Shown: positions 21,009 to 32,772, counted from the stretch's first letter. The stretch is DNA of 64,000 nucleotides from an uncultured beta proteobacterium (GCA_963729785.1 CAVSPM010000029.1:104748-168747), one strand, 5' to 3'. The notes: a model not told the origin generated them from the sequence alone. Numbers and translations are program-made.

Positions 21009-22082
21009 ATGTCGGTATCCGATCCTCCATCCAAATTCTCGGGACACGCCGAAGACGGCGCGGCTGCGCCTGCGGTTGCCAACAAGCGCCTGCAGATGGC
21101 CGACATCGCCCGCATGGCGGGCCTTTCCACGACCACGGTTTCACGTGCCCTGAGCGGCAGCACGCTGGTCAACAAGGCCACGCGCAAGCGCGTGACGGAG
21201 CTGGCGCGCTCGCTCAACTACACGGTCAACGCTGGCGCCAAGGAGCTGCGCCTGGGCCACAGCACGACGGTGGCCGTGGTCGTGCCGTACAGCATCAACA
21301 TGCACCAGGCGCTTTCGGACCCTTTCTTTCTCGGGATGCTGGGCAGCATCGCCGACGCGTTGACCGAGCGCGGCTACGACATACTGGTTTCGCGTGTCGA
21401 CGAGGCGCATTGGCAGCTGGCCTCCACGCCCTATGACTCGGGCAGGGCCATGGGCATCATCCTCATCGGTCAGTGGCACCACCACGATCACCTCAACCAG
21501 CTGGCAGCGCGCGGCGTTCCGCTGGTGGTGTGGGGTGCGCAATTGCCCAACCAACTGTATTGCACCGTTGGCTGCGACAATGTCGAAGGCGGCCGCCTTG
21601 CGACCGAGCATCTGCTCGCGCGCGGGCGCCGGCGCATCGCCTTTTTCGGCGATACGCAACTGCCCGAGGTGGCGCAGCGCTTCGAAGGCTACCGCCTGGC
21701 GCTCTTGGGCGCCAACCTGGCGGTCGACCCGTCGCTGGTGTCGCGCGCCGCGTTCCTGGCCCAAAGCGGGCGCGACGCCGCCAGGCAGCTCAGGGCCGGT
21801 GGCATTGCGTTCGACGCCATCTTTGCCTGCAGCGACTTGCTGGCCATGTCCGCCATCAGCGCACTGCGCGACCTTGGTCTGGCCGTACCGCAGGATGTGG
21901 CGGTGGTCGGTTACGACGACGTGGTGCTGGCAGCGTACTTCCACCCGCCCATCACGACCATACGCCAGCCCATCGAAGCCGGCGGCCGCGCCCTGGTGAC
22001 AGCGCTGTTATCGTTTACCGACAACGTCGTTCCGCGGTCGCAGATCTTGACCACGGAACTGATCGTCCGCGCCAGTGCGTGA
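21009..22082 (+). CDS. LacI-family transcriptional regulator
   Basis: [24 protein letters not shown]; [13 protein letters not shown]; VAVVGYDD; ITTIRQP. Confidence 0.93.
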   Translation: MSVSDPPSKFSGHAEDGAAAPAVANKRLQMADIARMAGLSTTTVSRALSGSTLVNKATRKRVTELARSLNYTVNAGAKELRLGHSTTVAVVVPYSINMHQALSDPFFLGMLGSIADALTERGYDILVSRVDEAHWQLASTPYDSGRAMGIILIGQWHHHDHLNQLAARGVPLVVWGAQLPNQLYCTVGCDNVEGGRLATEHLLARGRRRIAFFGDTQLPEVAQRFEGYRLALLGANLAVDPSLVSRAAFLAQSGRDAARQLRAGGIAFDAIFACSDLLAMSAISALRDLGLAVPQDVAVVGYDDVVLAAYFHPPITTIRQPIEAGGRALVTALLSFTDNVVPRSQILTTELIVRASA

Positions 22083-22171
22083 TGCGGCGCGGCCCTTTCT
22101 CGAGCGACGAGCGGCGCTAGCTTAAAGATATCGACGGCCATCGCGGTTGCCTGCCGGGTGCCGCGCAGCAG

Positions 22172-22426
22172 CGGGATCGGCCTGGCTTGAGGCAGCATCC
22201 CAGCACACCGCGCGGGGTCTAGATGGGCATCTTCAACGTGTTCACCGTCATCCCGATGATGATGCAAATCTTCACGTTGCCACTTTTCCGCCAGGGTGCG
22301 CCCGCGGGTCGCCCGGAGAAGGTCATGCACCTTGCCCGAAGACTGCCGCAGTGCGCCGCCGCCGCCGCGCTATTCGTGCGTCTTGAATCAGCCAACCGCG
22401 ATGGAGCCCGGCACGCCCGGTTGTAG
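22172..22426 (+). pseudogene. C-terminal remnant of a sugar MFS transporter (GPH / maltose-sucrose permease-like)
   Basis: GIGLA*GSIPAHRAG(fs)V*MGIFNVFTVIPMMMQIFTLPLF...AAAAALFVR resembles the family motif GIGLAW...GVYMGIFNxFIVIP, with two nonsense codons and deletions. The rest of the gene is missing. Confidence 0.65.
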
Positions 22427-22470
22427 ATCGCTGTGCTGATACCGCGCTCCGTGTTGCCGTCCGAAATCTG

Positions 22471-22501
22471 CCACAATATGAAATCGCCAACCATATTATG
22501 G
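22471..22501. promoter_or_regulatory. Imperfect inverted repeat, candidate operator upstream of zwf
   Basis: CCACAATATG (22471-22480) and CATATTATGG (22492-22501), 9/10 complementary with an 11-nt spacer, in an AT-rich patch. Confidence 0.35.
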
Positions 22502-22676
22502 ATTCCACCACGTATACTGAGCGCTCGTGCCTGAGGCGGCGGTGCCTGACGCGGCGTCCACCGCGTTGCGTGCCGAGCCTGTGGATCGCTAAAAGGGTGT
22601 GGCGTTCGGCCTGCGCACGGCGCGCATCGATTGCCGCGCCGCAGGCAAGTCCGGCAAGTAGGACGGGACATTGAAG

Positions 22677-24116
22677 ATGCACCAAACCCTGCTGTTATTT
22701 GGCGCCACCGGGGATCTTGCGCAGCGCTATCTCTTCCCGTCTCTGGCCAATCTGCTGCGCGACCGGCTGTTGCCGCCGGAGTTTCGCATCCTGGCGGTGG
22801 CGCGCCACGAATACGCACCCGCGGCGTTTCGCGACTGGTTGACCGCCGGGCTCGAAGCCAAGGCCGGCATCGACGCCAGCGCGCCCGAGGTTGTCGATCT
22901 GCTCGGGCGCGTCGAATACGTAGCCGCAGATCTGGCCGATCCGGCCAACATCGCGCAGCGCTTGGCGGCCTTTGCCGGCCAGCCCAGCGTGAGCTTTCTG
23001 GCCACTCCGCCGTCGCTGTTCGTGCCCATCAGCCGGGGCTTGAAGGCGGCCGGACTGCTAGAACCGCCGTCGCGCCTGGTCATCGAAAAGCCCATTGGCC
23101 GCGACCTGACCAGTGCGCGCGAGACGATGGCGGCAATCGAGCAAAGCGTCACCGAGGAGCAGGTCTTTCGCATCGACCATTACCTGGGCAAGGCTCCGGT
23201 GCAAAACCTGCTCGCGTTGCGCTTTGGCAATGCCTTGCTCGAGGCCGTATGGAATCGACAGTGGATCGAATCGGTCGATATCCTGGTTGCCGAGACGGCG
23301 GGGGTCGACGGCCGGGAGGGCTACTACGCCAACTACGGTGCGCTGCGGGACATGGTGCAAAACCACATCCTGCAGCTGCTGTGCCTGATCGCGATGGAGC
23401 CTCCTGCGTCGCTGGACGCCGACGCGGTGCGCAACGAGAAGGTGAAGGTGCTCAAGGCGCTGCGCCCGGTCACGGCCTTGACGGCGCCGCAGGATTCGGT
23501 GCGCGCGCGCTACGAGGCTGGCGTGGTCGAGGGCCGCCCGGCCGGCGGCTTTCAGCAACCCGAGGGGCAGGCGCCGACCGACACGTTCGTCGGACTGCGC
23601 GCGCACATCGACAATTGGCGCTGGGAGGGCGTTCCCTTCCGCCTGTGCACCGGCAAGCGCCTTGCCGAGCGCTGCACCCAGGTCGTGATCACCTTCCGCA
23701 AGGTCTCGCATTGGCTGTTTGAAAAGCCCAGCCGCGAGCGCGCGACCCCGAATCGATTGGTCTTTCGGCTGCAGCCCGAGGAAAACATCGAGCTCAACTT
23801 GATGAGCAGCCTAGCGGCGCCAGAGTGGGGCGCGCTCGAACTGCGTCCGCTGCCGCTGGATCTGTCGAACCCGACGCATACGGGGCGGCGCATCGCCTAT
23901 GAACGGCTGCTGCTCGACGCGCTCAACGGCAACCCGGCGCTGTTCGTGCGCAACGACGAGGTCGAGGCCGCCTGGACCTGGATCGACAGCGTGGCCGACG
24001 CCTGGGTCGCCGCCAACATGCCGGTTCTGTCCTACATGGCCGGTTCCTGGGGCCCGACCGAAGCCGTGCCCTTTCTGCAGACCTTCTTGCAGGAGGCCGG
24101 GAGAAACCAGCGATGA
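22677..24116 (+). CDS. zwf: Glucose-6-phosphate 1-dehydrogenase
   Basis: FGATGDLA, VIEKPIG, FRIDHYLGK, ALRDMVQNHILQ, WRWEGVPF. Confidence 0.96.
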   Translation: MHQTLLLFGATGDLAQRYLFPSLANLLRDRLLPPEFRILAVARHEYAPAAFRDWLTAGLEAKAGIDASAPEVVDLLGRVEYVAADLADPANIAQRLAAFAGQPSVSFLATPPSLFVPISRGLKAAGLLEPPSRLVIEKPIGRDLTSARETMAAIEQSVTEEQVFRIDHYLGKAPVQNLLALRFGNALLEAVWNRQWIESVDILVAETAGVDGREGYYANYGALRDMVQNHILQLLCLIAMEPPASLDADAVRNEKVKVLKALRPVTALTAPQDSVRARYEAGVVEGRPAGGFQQPEGQAPTDTFVGLRAHIDNWRWEGVPFRLCTGKRLAERCTQVVITFRKVSHWLFEKPSRERATPNRLVFRLQPEENIELNLMSSLAAPEWGALELRPLPLDLSNPTHTGRRIAYERLLLDALNGNPALFVRNDEVEAAWTWIDSVADAWVAANMPVLSYMAGSWGPTEAVPFLQTFLQEAGRNQR

Positions 24117-25177
24117 GCCCCGATATCGATACATCCAGAGCATGGTTGCTGGCCGATGTCGGCGGCACCAATGTGCGCTTCGCGCTGGCGCAGCCCGCGG
24201 CCAGCGCGCCGTTGCGCCTGGAGACGCTGCGCGCATTCCGCGTGGCCGACTTTGCTTCGCTCGCGGAGGCGGCCAGGACCTACCTCGACGGCCAATTGGC
24301 CCGCCGGGCCAGCCCGGATGCCGATCGGCCGGCCCACGCGGTCCTGGCGCTGGCCGGTCGCGTGGATGGCGACCAGGTCCAGATGACCAATCACGCCTGG
24401 TTGATTTCCGCCCCGCAGCTTGCGCGCGATCTGAATCTCGCATCGGTTCGGCTGGTCAACGACTTTGCCGCTGTCGGCATGTCGCTGCCGCTGCTCACGG
24501 CCGCCGACATCCTCGCCGTTGGACCGGCGGTGCGCCCGATCGCCCGCAGCGCGGGCCGGCAAACGTTTTGCGTGCTCGGACCGGGAACCGGCTTGGGCGT
24601 TTCGGCGCTGACCGTGCACGGCGACACGGTGCTGGGCCTGGAGACCGAGGGCGGGCACACGAGCTTTGCGCCGACCACGGAGGAGGAGATCGAGATCTTG
24701 CGCCAGCTGATGGCGCGCTTTGGGCGCGTCTCCGTCGAACGCTTGCTGTGCGGCAGCGGCCTGACCAACCTGCACCGGGCGCTATGTGCGCTCGCCGGAG
24801 ACAGCGACGACGGGCCCTGCGCGCCGGAAACCATCACCCAGCGCGCGCACGAAGGCAGCGACGCTCGATGCCTGCGCGCGGTCGAACTGTTCTGCGAAAT
24901 CCTGGGCACCGTCGCCGGTGACTACGCCCTGACCTACGGCGCGTGGGATGGCGTGTTCCTGGCCGGCGGCCTGCTCGCACCGCTGGCGCCCTGGATCCAG
25001 CGCGGCGGTTTTCGCGATCGCTTCAACAGCAAGGGACGGTTTGCCGGGGCTATGTCCAAGGTCCCGGTCGCGCTGATCACGCACGTGCAACCTGGCTTGC
25101 TGGGGGCGGCCGGGTATGCCGTTGCCGCGACGGGCTTGCCGCTGTTGCGCTTGGCAGGCCCCCCCGCGTGTGCCTGA
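24113..25177 (+). CDS. glk: Glucokinase
   Basis: LADVGGTNVRFAL, LVNDFAA, LGPGTGLG, TEGGH, RVSVERLLCGSGL, FNSKGRF. Confidence 0.95.
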   Translation: MSPDIDTSRAWLLADVGGTNVRFALAQPAASAPLRLETLRAFRVADFASLAEAARTYLDGQLARRASPDADRPAHAVLALAGRVDGDQVQMTNHAWLISAPQLARDLNLASVRLVNDFAAVGMSLPLLTAADILAVGPAVRPIARSAGRQTFCVLGPGTGLGVSALTVHGDTVLGLETEGGHTSFAPTTEEEIEILRQLMARFGRVSVERLLCGSGLTNLHRALCALAGDSDDGPCAPETITQRAHEGSDARCLRAVELFCEILGTVAGDYALTYGAWDGVFLAGGLLAPLAPWIQRGGFRDRFNSKGRFAGAMSKVPVALITHVQPGLLGAAGYAVAATGLPLLRLAGPPACA

Positions 25178-25181
25178 ATCC

Positions 25182-25985
25182 ATGAGTCAGCATCCACGCT
25201 GCGCGACCGATGCCGGTCCAACCGCGGCCGCGCGGTCCGTGCCGGCAGAGCCGGGTCGGCCGGTACGGTTACACGCGCACGCAGACGAGGCGGCGCTGGT
25301 GCGCGCAGTCGTCGGGGTGGTGCTCGAAACAATCGCCGACGACCGGCGGCGATCCGTTGGATCGCTGCTGCTGCTCTCCGGCGGCGGCACGCCTGTTCCG
25401 GTGTATCGCGCGCTTGCGGCCCCTTTGCGCGCGCTGTCGGGCGATGCCGGGCGCCTGACGGTCTCCTTGGTCGACGAGCGATGGGTGGCCCCCGACGATG
25501 ACGGTAGCAACGCGCGCATGATCCGCTCGACCCTGTTCGGATCCGATGACGGCGCACGGGGCGGCGGCCGATTTTGGCCGCTGGTGGACTGGAACCGGGG
25601 GCTGCAGGCATCAGTGGACCAAGCCAACGCGCGCCTGCTGGCGGCACCCGAGTCCATCAGCCTGGTGCTGTACGGCATGGGCGATGACGGACACACCGCG
25701 TCGCTGTTCCCGGCCAGCGCAGACCTCAGTTCGGCGCTGCAGGCAACGGCGCCCTACGTGGCGCTGGACGCGTCCGGTTGCCCCGGCGCCGGTGCGTGGC
25801 CACAGCGCATCACGCTCACGCCGCGCGGCTGGAAGCCGGCGCGGCGGCGGCTGCTGCTGCTGCGCGGCGCCAACAAGCGAAGGTTGTTCGAGCGTGCGCT
25901 GCGCGAGCGCGATGCCCAGGCGCTGCCGATCTGCGCGGCCATCGCCGTGGGCGATGCACCGCTCGAGGTCCATTGGGCACCGTAG
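25182..25985 (+). CDS. pgl: 6-phosphogluconolactonase
   Basis: [38 protein letters not shown]. Confidence 0.92.
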   Translation: MSQHPRCATDAGPTAAARSVPAEPGRPVRLHAHADEAALVRAVVGVVLETIADDRRRSVGSLLLLSGGGTPVPVYRALAAPLRALSGDAGRLTVSLVDERWVAPDDDGSNARMIRSTLFGSDDGARGGGRFWPLVDWNRGLQASVDQANARLLAAPESISLVLYGMGDDGHTASLFPASADLSSALQATAPYVALDASGCPGAGAWPQRITLTPRGWKPARRRLLLLRGANKRRLFERALRERDAQALPICAAIAVGDAPLEVHWAP

Positions 25986-26052
25986 CGACCGGCAACCTCA
26001 ACCCGCCCTTAGCAGCGATGCGCCGCAAGGGCGAACGATCTGGGACAAAGAC

Positions 26053-27897
26053 ATGACACTCGACCCTCGAATTGCTGCCGTCACGGAGACCATACGCGCC
26101 CGCAGCCAAGAGCAGCGCCGCGCCTACCTCGAGCAGTTCGTCGAGCAGCCCTTGCGGACGCGTCGCGACCGGCCGGCCCGCGGCAACCTGAGCTGCGGCA
26201 ACCTTGCGCACGGATTTGCCGCCAGCCCGCCCGCCGACAAACTGACGATACGCGCGGCGGTGGCACCCAACCTGGGCATCATCACCGCATACAACGACAT
26301 GTTGTCGGCACACCAGCCCTTTGCGACCTACCCGGCGATCATCGACGAGGCCGCGCGCCAAGCCGGGGCGACGGCGCAGGTCGCCGGCGGCGTGCCGGCG
26401 ATGTGCGATGGCGTGACCCAAGGGCGTCCCGGCATGGAGCTGTCGCTCTTTAGCCGCGACGTCATCGCCCAGGCCACCGCCGTCGCCTTGAGCCATGACA
26501 TGTTCGACGCCGCGATCTGCCTGGGTGTCTGCGACAAGATCGTCCCGGGCATGCTGATCGGCGCCCTGTCCTTTGGCTACCTGCCGGTGATCTTCGCGCC
26601 GGCGGGGCCGATGACCAGCGGCCTGGACAACAAGAGCAAGGCCCAGGTGCGCCAACGCTACGCCGCGGGCCAGGCCTCGCGCGAGGAACTGCTCGAGGCC
26701 GAGGCAAAGTCCTACCACGATGCCGGTACCTGCACGTTCTACGGCACCGCCAATTCCAACCAGACGCTGCTCGAAGCCATGGGCCTGCAGTTGCCCGGAG
26801 CTTCGTTTGTCAACCCCGGGACCGCACTGCGCGCGGCGCTGACGCGCGCAGCGGCACGACAACTGCTGACGTGTACGGCGTTGGGCCAGGATTACCGGCC
26901 GATCGGCCGGCTGGTAGACGAACGGGCAATTGTCAACGCGCTGGTGATGCTGCTGGCCACGGGCGGCTCCACCAATCACACGATTCACTGGATCGCCGTG
27001 GCGCGCGCCGCAGGCATCGCCATCGACTGGAATGATTTCGACGCCATTGCGCATGCCGTGCCGCTGCTCGCGCGCGTCTACCCCAATGGCAGCGCGGACG
27101 TAAATCAGTTCCAGGCCGCCGGCGGCGTCGCCTATGTCCTGAGGGAACTACTCGACGCCGGCCTGATGCACGCCGACGTCATGACCATGGCCGCCGATGG
27201 CCACGCGAGCTTGCGAAGCTACACGCGCGAACCCCGGCTGCGCGACGGTGTGCTGCAATATGATGAAGTGGCTACGGCCAGCGCAGACGAAAGCGTGGTG
27301 CGCCCGTTGACGCGGCCCTTTGAGGCGCACGGCGGCCTGCGCCTGCTGACCGGCAACCTGGGTCGCGCGCTCATCAAAATCTCGGCGGTGCAGCCCCAAC
27401 ACCGCCGCATCAGCGCGCCGGCGCTGGTGATCGATGACCCGCAAGAGCTCACCCGACTGTACAAGAACGGCGCGCTGCCCAGGGATTTCGTGGCGGTCGT
27501 GCGCTTTCAGGGACCCCGCGCCAATGGCATGCCCGAAATGCACAGCCTGGCTCCGCTGCTGGGCATGCTGCAGGATCAGGGCTGCCAGGTGGCGCTGGTC
27601 ACCGATGGGCGGATGTCGGGCGCATCCGGAAAGTTTCCCGCGGCCATCCACGTGACCCCCGAGGCACTCGACGGTGGACCGCTGGGGTGTGTGCACAACG
27701 GCGACACAATATTGCTCGACGCCGAGGCAGGCCGGCTCGAGGCGCTGGTAGATGCCCAGGAATTTGCCGCTCGCGCATGCGCCCGGCGTGCCGCCGCGCC
27801 GGATGCGAGCCTGGGGCGCAGCTTGTTTGCTGGCAATCGGGCCGCTGTCGGCAGCGCCGAACAAGGGGCGCTGTCGATCTCCTGCGGGCCGCAATGA
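26053..27897 (+). CDS. edd: Phosphogluconate dehydratase
   Basis: [60 protein letters not shown]. Confidence 0.96.
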   Translation: MTLDPRIAAVTETIRARSQEQRRAYLEQFVEQPLRTRRDRPARGNLSCGNLAHGFAASPPADKLTIRAAVAPNLGIITAYNDMLSAHQPFATYPAIIDEAARQAGATAQVAGGVPAMCDGVTQGRPGMELSLFSRDVIAQATAVALSHDMFDAAICLGVCDKIVPGMLIGALSFGYLPVIFAPAGPMTSGLDNKSKAQVRQRYAAGQASREELLEAEAKSYHDAGTCTFYGTANSNQTLLEAMGLQLPGASFVNPGTALRAALTRAAARQLLTCTALGQDYRPIGRLVDERAIVNALVMLLATGGSTNHTIHWIAVARAAGIAIDWNDFDAIAHAVPLLARVYPNGSADVNQFQAAGGVAYVLRELLDAGLMHADVMTMAADGHASLRSYTREPRLRDGVLQYDEVATASADESVVRPLTRPFEAHGGLRLLTGNLGRALIKISAVQPQHRRISAPALVIDDPQELTRLYKNGALPRDFVAVVRFQGPRANGMPEMHSLAPLLGMLQDQGCQVALVTDGRMSGASGKFPAAIHVTPEALDGGPLGCVHNGDTILLDAEAGRLEALVDAQEFAARACARRAAAPDASLGRSLFAGNRAAVGSAEQGALSISCGPQ

Positions 27898-28610
27898 CGA
27901 TCGACCGACAAGGGGGGAGTGCGGTGAACTCATCACAGACTGCGACGACAACGCGCCAGCAGGCAACCCGCGTCCTGCTGCGCAAGGCGGGGATACTGCC
28001 CGTCGTAACGGTGGAGGACATCGCACAGGCGATCGCCCTGGCCGGCGCGCTGGCGCGCGGCGGCCTGACGGCGATCGAGGTGACGCTGCGCTCGCCGGTC
28101 GCGATGCAGGCTCTGGGAGCACTCAAGCGCGAGATGCCGCAATTGGCGATCGGCGCGGGCACGGTGCGCACCGCACAGCAGGCCCGCGAGGCCGTGGACC
28201 GCGGCGTCGACTTCCTGGTCACGCCAGGCACGCCGCCGGCGCTGGCGAGCAGCCTGGCAGCCCTGGATCTGCCCGTCGTGCCCGGCTCGGCCTCGCCGAC
28301 GGAGATGATGGCGCTCATGGATCTGGGCTTTGACGTCGTCAAGCTCTTTCCGGCAACCGCGGTCGGCGGCCTACAGATGATCCAGTCGCTTGCCAATCCG
28401 TTCCCGGATCTGGGGCTGTGCCCGACAGGCGGCATCCACGAAGACAATGCGCTGGATTTCTTGCGCCAGCCCAACGTGCTGTGCATCGGCGGATCCTGGA
28501 TGGTGGCGCGCGAATGGATCGCCTCGGGGCAATTTGACCGGGTGGAGCAAAGTGCGCGTCGGGCCCGCGGACTGATCGACACGCTGACGGCGAAAATCGC
28601 CGCAGCGTGA
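27894..28610 (+). CDS. eda: KDPG/KHG aldolase
   Basis: [35 protein letters not shown]; ATGA overlap with edd. Confidence 0.95.
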   Translation: MTIDRQGGSAVNSSQTATTTRQQATRVLLRKAGILPVVTVEDIAQAIALAGALARGGLTAIEVTLRSPVAMQALGALKREMPQLAIGAGTVRTAQQAREAVDRGVDFLVTPGTPPALASSLAALDLPVVPGSASPTEMMALMDLGFDVVKLFPATAVGGLQMIQSLANPFPDLGLCPTGGIHEDNALDFLRQPNVLCIGGSWMVAREWIASGQFDRVEQSARRARGLIDTLTAKIAAA

Positions 28611-28687
28611 TTGCGCCGCCGGCGTACCGACCCGACCGGCGGAACCGGCGCGATGCTCCCGCGTTGCGGCTATCACGCTACGCAAGA

Positions 28688-28701
28688 TTGCGCCACGTCA
28701 A
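28688..28701. promoter_or_regulatory. Possible FNR/CRP-family box upstream of the aldolase and glgP genes
   Basis: TTGCG-CCAC-GTCAA versus the FNR consensus TTGAT-N4-ATCAA; intergenic. Confidence 0.3.
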
Positions 28702-28936
28702 TGCGCGGGCGACCGGCGCGGGTAGGGTCTTGAATGTGGCAGTGGCGATTCCGGACGAGCGGAGTCGTGTGGGTTCGTATATGGGGCTACTGACGGTGCC
28801 TCGCGTTTGCTTCGAACCCTGTTGACCGGAGTGCTTGGCTACTCATGGTGCCGCGCATGGGCCGGTCACAGCCACTGCCATCTCCTTCGGACGGTTCCGG
28901 TGTCAGAGGAGGACCAGCAACAGAAAGGGGCGGGGC

Positions 28937-29962
28937 ATGTCGATCGAGCAGGAGTTAGCGGCAACGATACGCGAGCTGGTGCAAGAGGGTAAAGGTATTC
29001 TCGCCGCCGATGAGAGCGCGCCGACGATCGAAAAGCGCTTTCGTGCGGTTGGCATCGAATCGACCCTGGAAAACCGGCGCTCCTATCGCTCCTTGCTGCT
29101 GACGGCGCCCGGTCTGGGTCAATACTTGAGCGGCGTGATCCTGTTCGAGGAGACGCTCGGACAAAAGGCCGACGATGGCACGCCGCTAGCCGAGGTCGCG
29201 CAGCGTCAAGGCATCGTCCCGGGCGTCAAAGTGGACAAGGGAACGGTCGGCCTGGCCAACGCGCCAGGCGACCTGATCACCCAGGGTCTCGATGGCCTTG
29301 CCGACCGGCTCAAGAACTACAAGGCTCAGGGCGCGCGTTTTGCCAAATGGCGCGAGGTCTACCCGGTTACCGACTGCAATCCGACGGCCTTGGGCGTGGC
29401 CGCCAATGCCAATACGCTGGCGCGCTATGCCGCCGTTTGCCAGGAGCAAGGCCTGGTTCCGATCGTCGAGCCGGAAGTCTTGCTCGATGGCGATCACAGC
29501 CTGCAGCGCTGCGCGCAAGTGATGCAGGCCGTCTTGCATGCTCTTTTTCACGCGCTGCATTGTCACGACGTGAAGCTTGAGCTGATGCTGCTCAAGTCGA
29601 GCATGGCACTGCCGGGCAAGGAGCATCCGCTGAAGGCCGGCCCGGGCGAGGTGGCGCGCCAAACCATGACCGTCTTGCGGCGCACCGTTCCGGCCGCCGT
29701 GCCGAGCATCAACTTTCTGTCCGGTGGCCAGTCCACGGTACAGGCGACGGCAAATCTGCAAGCAATGAACGAGCTTTTCCCCAACGCGCCGTGGAAACTG
29801 TCCTTCTCTTACGCGCGCGCGCTGCAGGAGCCGGTGCTCGATACCTGGCGAGGACGGCGCGAGAAGCTCGCTGCGGCGCAAGATGCGCTGCTGTTGCGCG
29901 CCAGGCTGAATGCGGCCGCCGCCGCCGGGCGCTACGGGGCCGACATGGAACCGCAGCGCTAG
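28937..29962 (+). CDS. Fructose-bisphosphate aldolase class I
   Basis: GKGILAADES, GVILFEET, GVKVDKG, ARFAKWR, VPIVEPEV, FLSGGQS, FSYARALQ. Confidence 0.95.
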   Translation: MSIEQELAATIRELVQEGKGILAADESAPTIEKRFRAVGIESTLENRRSYRSLLLTAPGLGQYLSGVILFEETLGQKADDGTPLAEVAQRQGIVPGVKVDKGTVGLANAPGDLITQGLDGLADRLKNYKAQGARFAKWREVYPVTDCNPTALGVAANANTLARYAAVCQEQGLVPIVEPEVLLDGDHSLQRCAQVMQAVLHALFHALHCHDVKLELMLLKSSMALPGKEHPLKAGPGEVARQTMTVLRRTVPAAVPSINFLSGGQSTVQATANLQAMNELFPNAPWKLSFSYARALQEPVLDTWRGRREKLAAAQDALLLRARLNAAAAAGRYGADMEPQR

Positions 29963-30189
29963 AAGCCGCCGCCGGCGATTGGTTCCGTGTAGAGTTCTCA
30001 AAGAACGTCGTACCGTCTGTGGCACGGACTGTCTGGTCCGCGCTCAACCCCGGTCATCGCGCCAGCGGTTCGGGGCGCCCTGCCTTGGGGAGACAGGCGA
30101 GCCCCCCTTAAAATCAACGGCTTTGCGATAGCGGTGGCACATGCTGCGTACGCCGGTGCGTGCGCGGATCCGTTCCTGGCGAGCTGACG

Positions 30190-32748
30190 ATGAGTGACCC
30201 AACCCTAGACGATCCAGTCCCCGGCAAACGGCCCGACGATCCTTTGCCCACGCAAGTGGAGGGCTGGGACCGCCTTGCCGAACTCGCGCTGAACATGCGC
30301 TGGTCGTGGCACCACGCAACCGACGAGGTATGGCGCCAGATCGACCCCGAACTCTGGGAGATCACGCACAACCCCTGGGCGGTGCTGCAAACGGCCTCGC
30401 GCGGGCGGATCGAGCGCTTGTTGGCCGATCCCGTCCACCGCCAAAAGATCGATCTCCTGGTGCGGGCGGGACGCGATACGCTGGAAGCAGCCGCCTGGTT
30501 TCAGCAAACCCACCCGCCATCAGCGCTCGGATGCGTTGCCTACTTCAGCATGGAATTCATGCTCAGCGAGGCGCTGCCCATCTACTCGGGCGGATTGGGC
30601 AACGTCGCCGGCGACCAACTCAAGGCCGCCAGCGACCTGGGTGTACCGGTCATCGGCATCGGTCTGCTCTACCAGCAAGGCTACTTTCGCCAGTCGATCG
30701 ACCGCGACGGCGCGCAACAGGCGCTCTATCCCTACAACGACCCGGGGCAATTGCCGATCACGCCGCTGCGAAAGTCAAATGGCGAATGGTTGCGTCTGCT
30801 CGTCGACCTGCCGGGCTATCCGGTCTGGGTCCGCGCCTGGCAGGTTCAAGTCGGCCGCCTCAAGCTGTACCTGCTCGACAGCAACGACCCGGCCAACTAC
30901 CCCGCGCAACGAACCATCGGCAGCGAGTTGTATGGCGGCGGTCCGGAACTGCGCTTGCAACAGGAACTGCTCCTGGGCATCGGTGGCTGGCAGCTGCTGA
31001 GCGCGCTGGGTGTCCGGCCCGAAGTGTGCCACCTCAACGAGGGCCACGCGGCCTTTGCCGTACTGGAGCGCGCCCGCAGCTGGATGCAAGAGACCGGGCA
31101 GCCCTTCGACGTCGCACTGACCGTCACTCGTGCCGGCAACCTCTTTACCACCCACACCGCGGTGGCCGCCGGCTTCGACCGGTTTGAACCGGCGCTGGTC
31201 GAGCGCTACCTTGGCGCCTACGCCCAGACCAAGCTGGGCATCGCGCCCGAGCGTCTGCTGGCCCTGGGCCGCCAGAACCCGAAGAATTCGTCGGAAGAAT
31301 TCAACATGGCCTATTTGGCGGCCCGCGGCAGCGGGGCGGTCAATGGCGTGAGCCGTCTGCACGGCAGGGTGAGTCGACGGATCTTCCTGCCGCTTTTTGC
31401 GGCATGGCCGGAGGAGGAAATACCGGTCGGCCATGTGACCAACGGCGTCCACATGCCAACCTGGGACTCGGCCGTGGCCGACGACCTTTGGACGAAGGCC
31501 TGCGGGAAGGAACGCTGGCTCGGAACGGGGCAATCCTTGGAGCAGGACATTGCCCGCGTCTCGGACGCCCAGCTCTGGCAATTGCGCATGGCCTCGAACG
31601 CTGCGCTGGTCGAGGCGACTCGAGAACGATTGGCCCGGCAACTGACCGCCTCGGGAGCGCCGCCGGAGGCGGTCGGCGAGGCCAGACGCCTGTTCAATCC
31701 CGAGGCCTTGACGCTCGGCTTTGCGCGCCGATTCGCCACCTACAAGAGGCCCAATCTGCTGCTGCACGATCGGGCACGCCTGCTGCGCCTGTTGGCCAAT
31801 CGCGAGCGCCCGGTGCAGCTGCTGATCGCCGGCAAGGCGCACCCGCAGGATGGGCCCGGGCAGACACTGATCCAGGAATGGATCCGGTTCATCCGTCAGC
31901 CGCAGACCCGGCCCCACATCGTCTTTCTGAGCGACGACGATATGCGCGCCACCGGCGATCTGGTGCAAGGAGTGGATGTCTGGATCAACACGCCACGCCG
32001 GCCGTGGGAGGCCTGCGGTACGAGTGGCATGAAGGCGCTCGTCAATGGCGGCATCAATCTCTCGGAATTGGACGGCTGGTGGGCCGAGGCCTATACGCCG
32101 GAGGTGGGGTGGGCGCTGGGGGATGGCCGCGAGCACGGCGACGACCCGGCTTGGGACGCGGCCGAGGCCGACGCGCTCTACGACCTGCTGGAATTCTCGG
32201 TCATCCCCGAGTTCTACGCGCGCGATGCATCCGGCATTCCGACCGCGTGGGTCCAGCGTATGCGCGCCAGCATGGCGCGGCTGACGCCGCGCTTTTCGGC
32301 CAACCGCGCGGTGCGCGAATACACCGAGCAGCACTACCTTCCGGCGGCGGCGGCGTACGCTACGCGCGCGGCCAGGGGCGGAGCGATCGGACGGCAGATC
32401 GTCGATCGGCAGCGCGCGCTCGATCAGCAATGGGCCGCACTACGCTTTGTCGGTCTGAAAACCCAGACCGAAGACGGTCAGCACGCTTTCGAGGTTGAGG
32501 TGTTCTTGAGCGAGCTGGCGCCCGAAGCGGTGCGCGTGCAGCTTTACGCCGAGGGTATCGGCGGCGGCGCACCGCATATCCAGGACATGCAGCCGGCCGG
32601 CCAACGCAACGGAGCGCCGTCCCACCACATCTACCGCGCGACGGTACCATCGGTGCGAGCGCCGACGGACTATACGGCACGCGTGATTGCGCGCGACGAG
32701 TACATCGCGGTCCCGCTCGAGGATGCCCGTATTCTGTGGCAGCGATGA
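30190..32748 (+). CDS. glgP: Alpha-glucan (glycogen/maltodextrin) phosphorylase
   Basis: AYFSMEF, YSGGLGNVAGD, HLNEGHAAF, FTTHT, GFARRFATYKRP, EACGTSGMK (PLP lysine). Confidence 0.96.
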   Translation: MSDPTLDDPVPGKRPDDPLPTQVEGWDRLAELALNMRWSWHHATDEVWRQIDPELWEITHNPWAVLQTASRGRIERLLADPVHRQKIDLLVRAGRDTLEAAAWFQQTHPPSALGCVAYFSMEFMLSEALPIYSGGLGNVAGDQLKAASDLGVPVIGIGLLYQQGYFRQSIDRDGAQQALYPYNDPGQLPITPLRKSNGEWLRLLVDLPGYPVWVRAWQVQVGRLKLYLLDSNDPANYPAQRTIGSELYGGGPELRLQQELLLGIGGWQLLSALGVRPEVCHLNEGHAAFAVLERARSWMQETGQPFDVALTVTRAGNLFTTHTAVAAGFDRFEPALVERYLGAYAQTKLGIAPERLLALGRQNPKNSSEEFNMAYLAARGSGAVNGVSRLHGRVSRRIFLPLFAAWPEEEIPVGHVTNGVHMPTWDSAVADDLWTKACGKERWLGTGQSLEQDIARVSDAQLWQLRMASNAALVEATRERLARQLTASGAPPEAVGEARRLFNPEALTLGFARRFATYKRPNLLLHDRARLLRLLANRERPVQLLIAGKAHPQDGPGQTLIQEWIRFIRQPQTRPHIVFLSDDDMRATGDLVQGVDVWINTPRRPWEACGTSGMKALVNGGINLSELDGWWAEAYTPEVGWALGDGREHGDDPAWDAAEADALYDLLEFSVIPEFYARDASGIPTAWVQRMRASMARLTPRFSANRAVREYTEQHYLPAAAAYATRAARGGAIGRQIVDRQRALDQQWAALRFVGLKTQTEDGQHAFEVEVFLSELAPEAVRVQLYAEGIGGGAPHIQDMQPAGQRNGAPSHHIYRATVPSVRAPTDYTARVIARDEYIAVPLEDARILWQR

Positions 32749-32772
32749 GATCTGCCCAGGCGGCGTAGCAGC

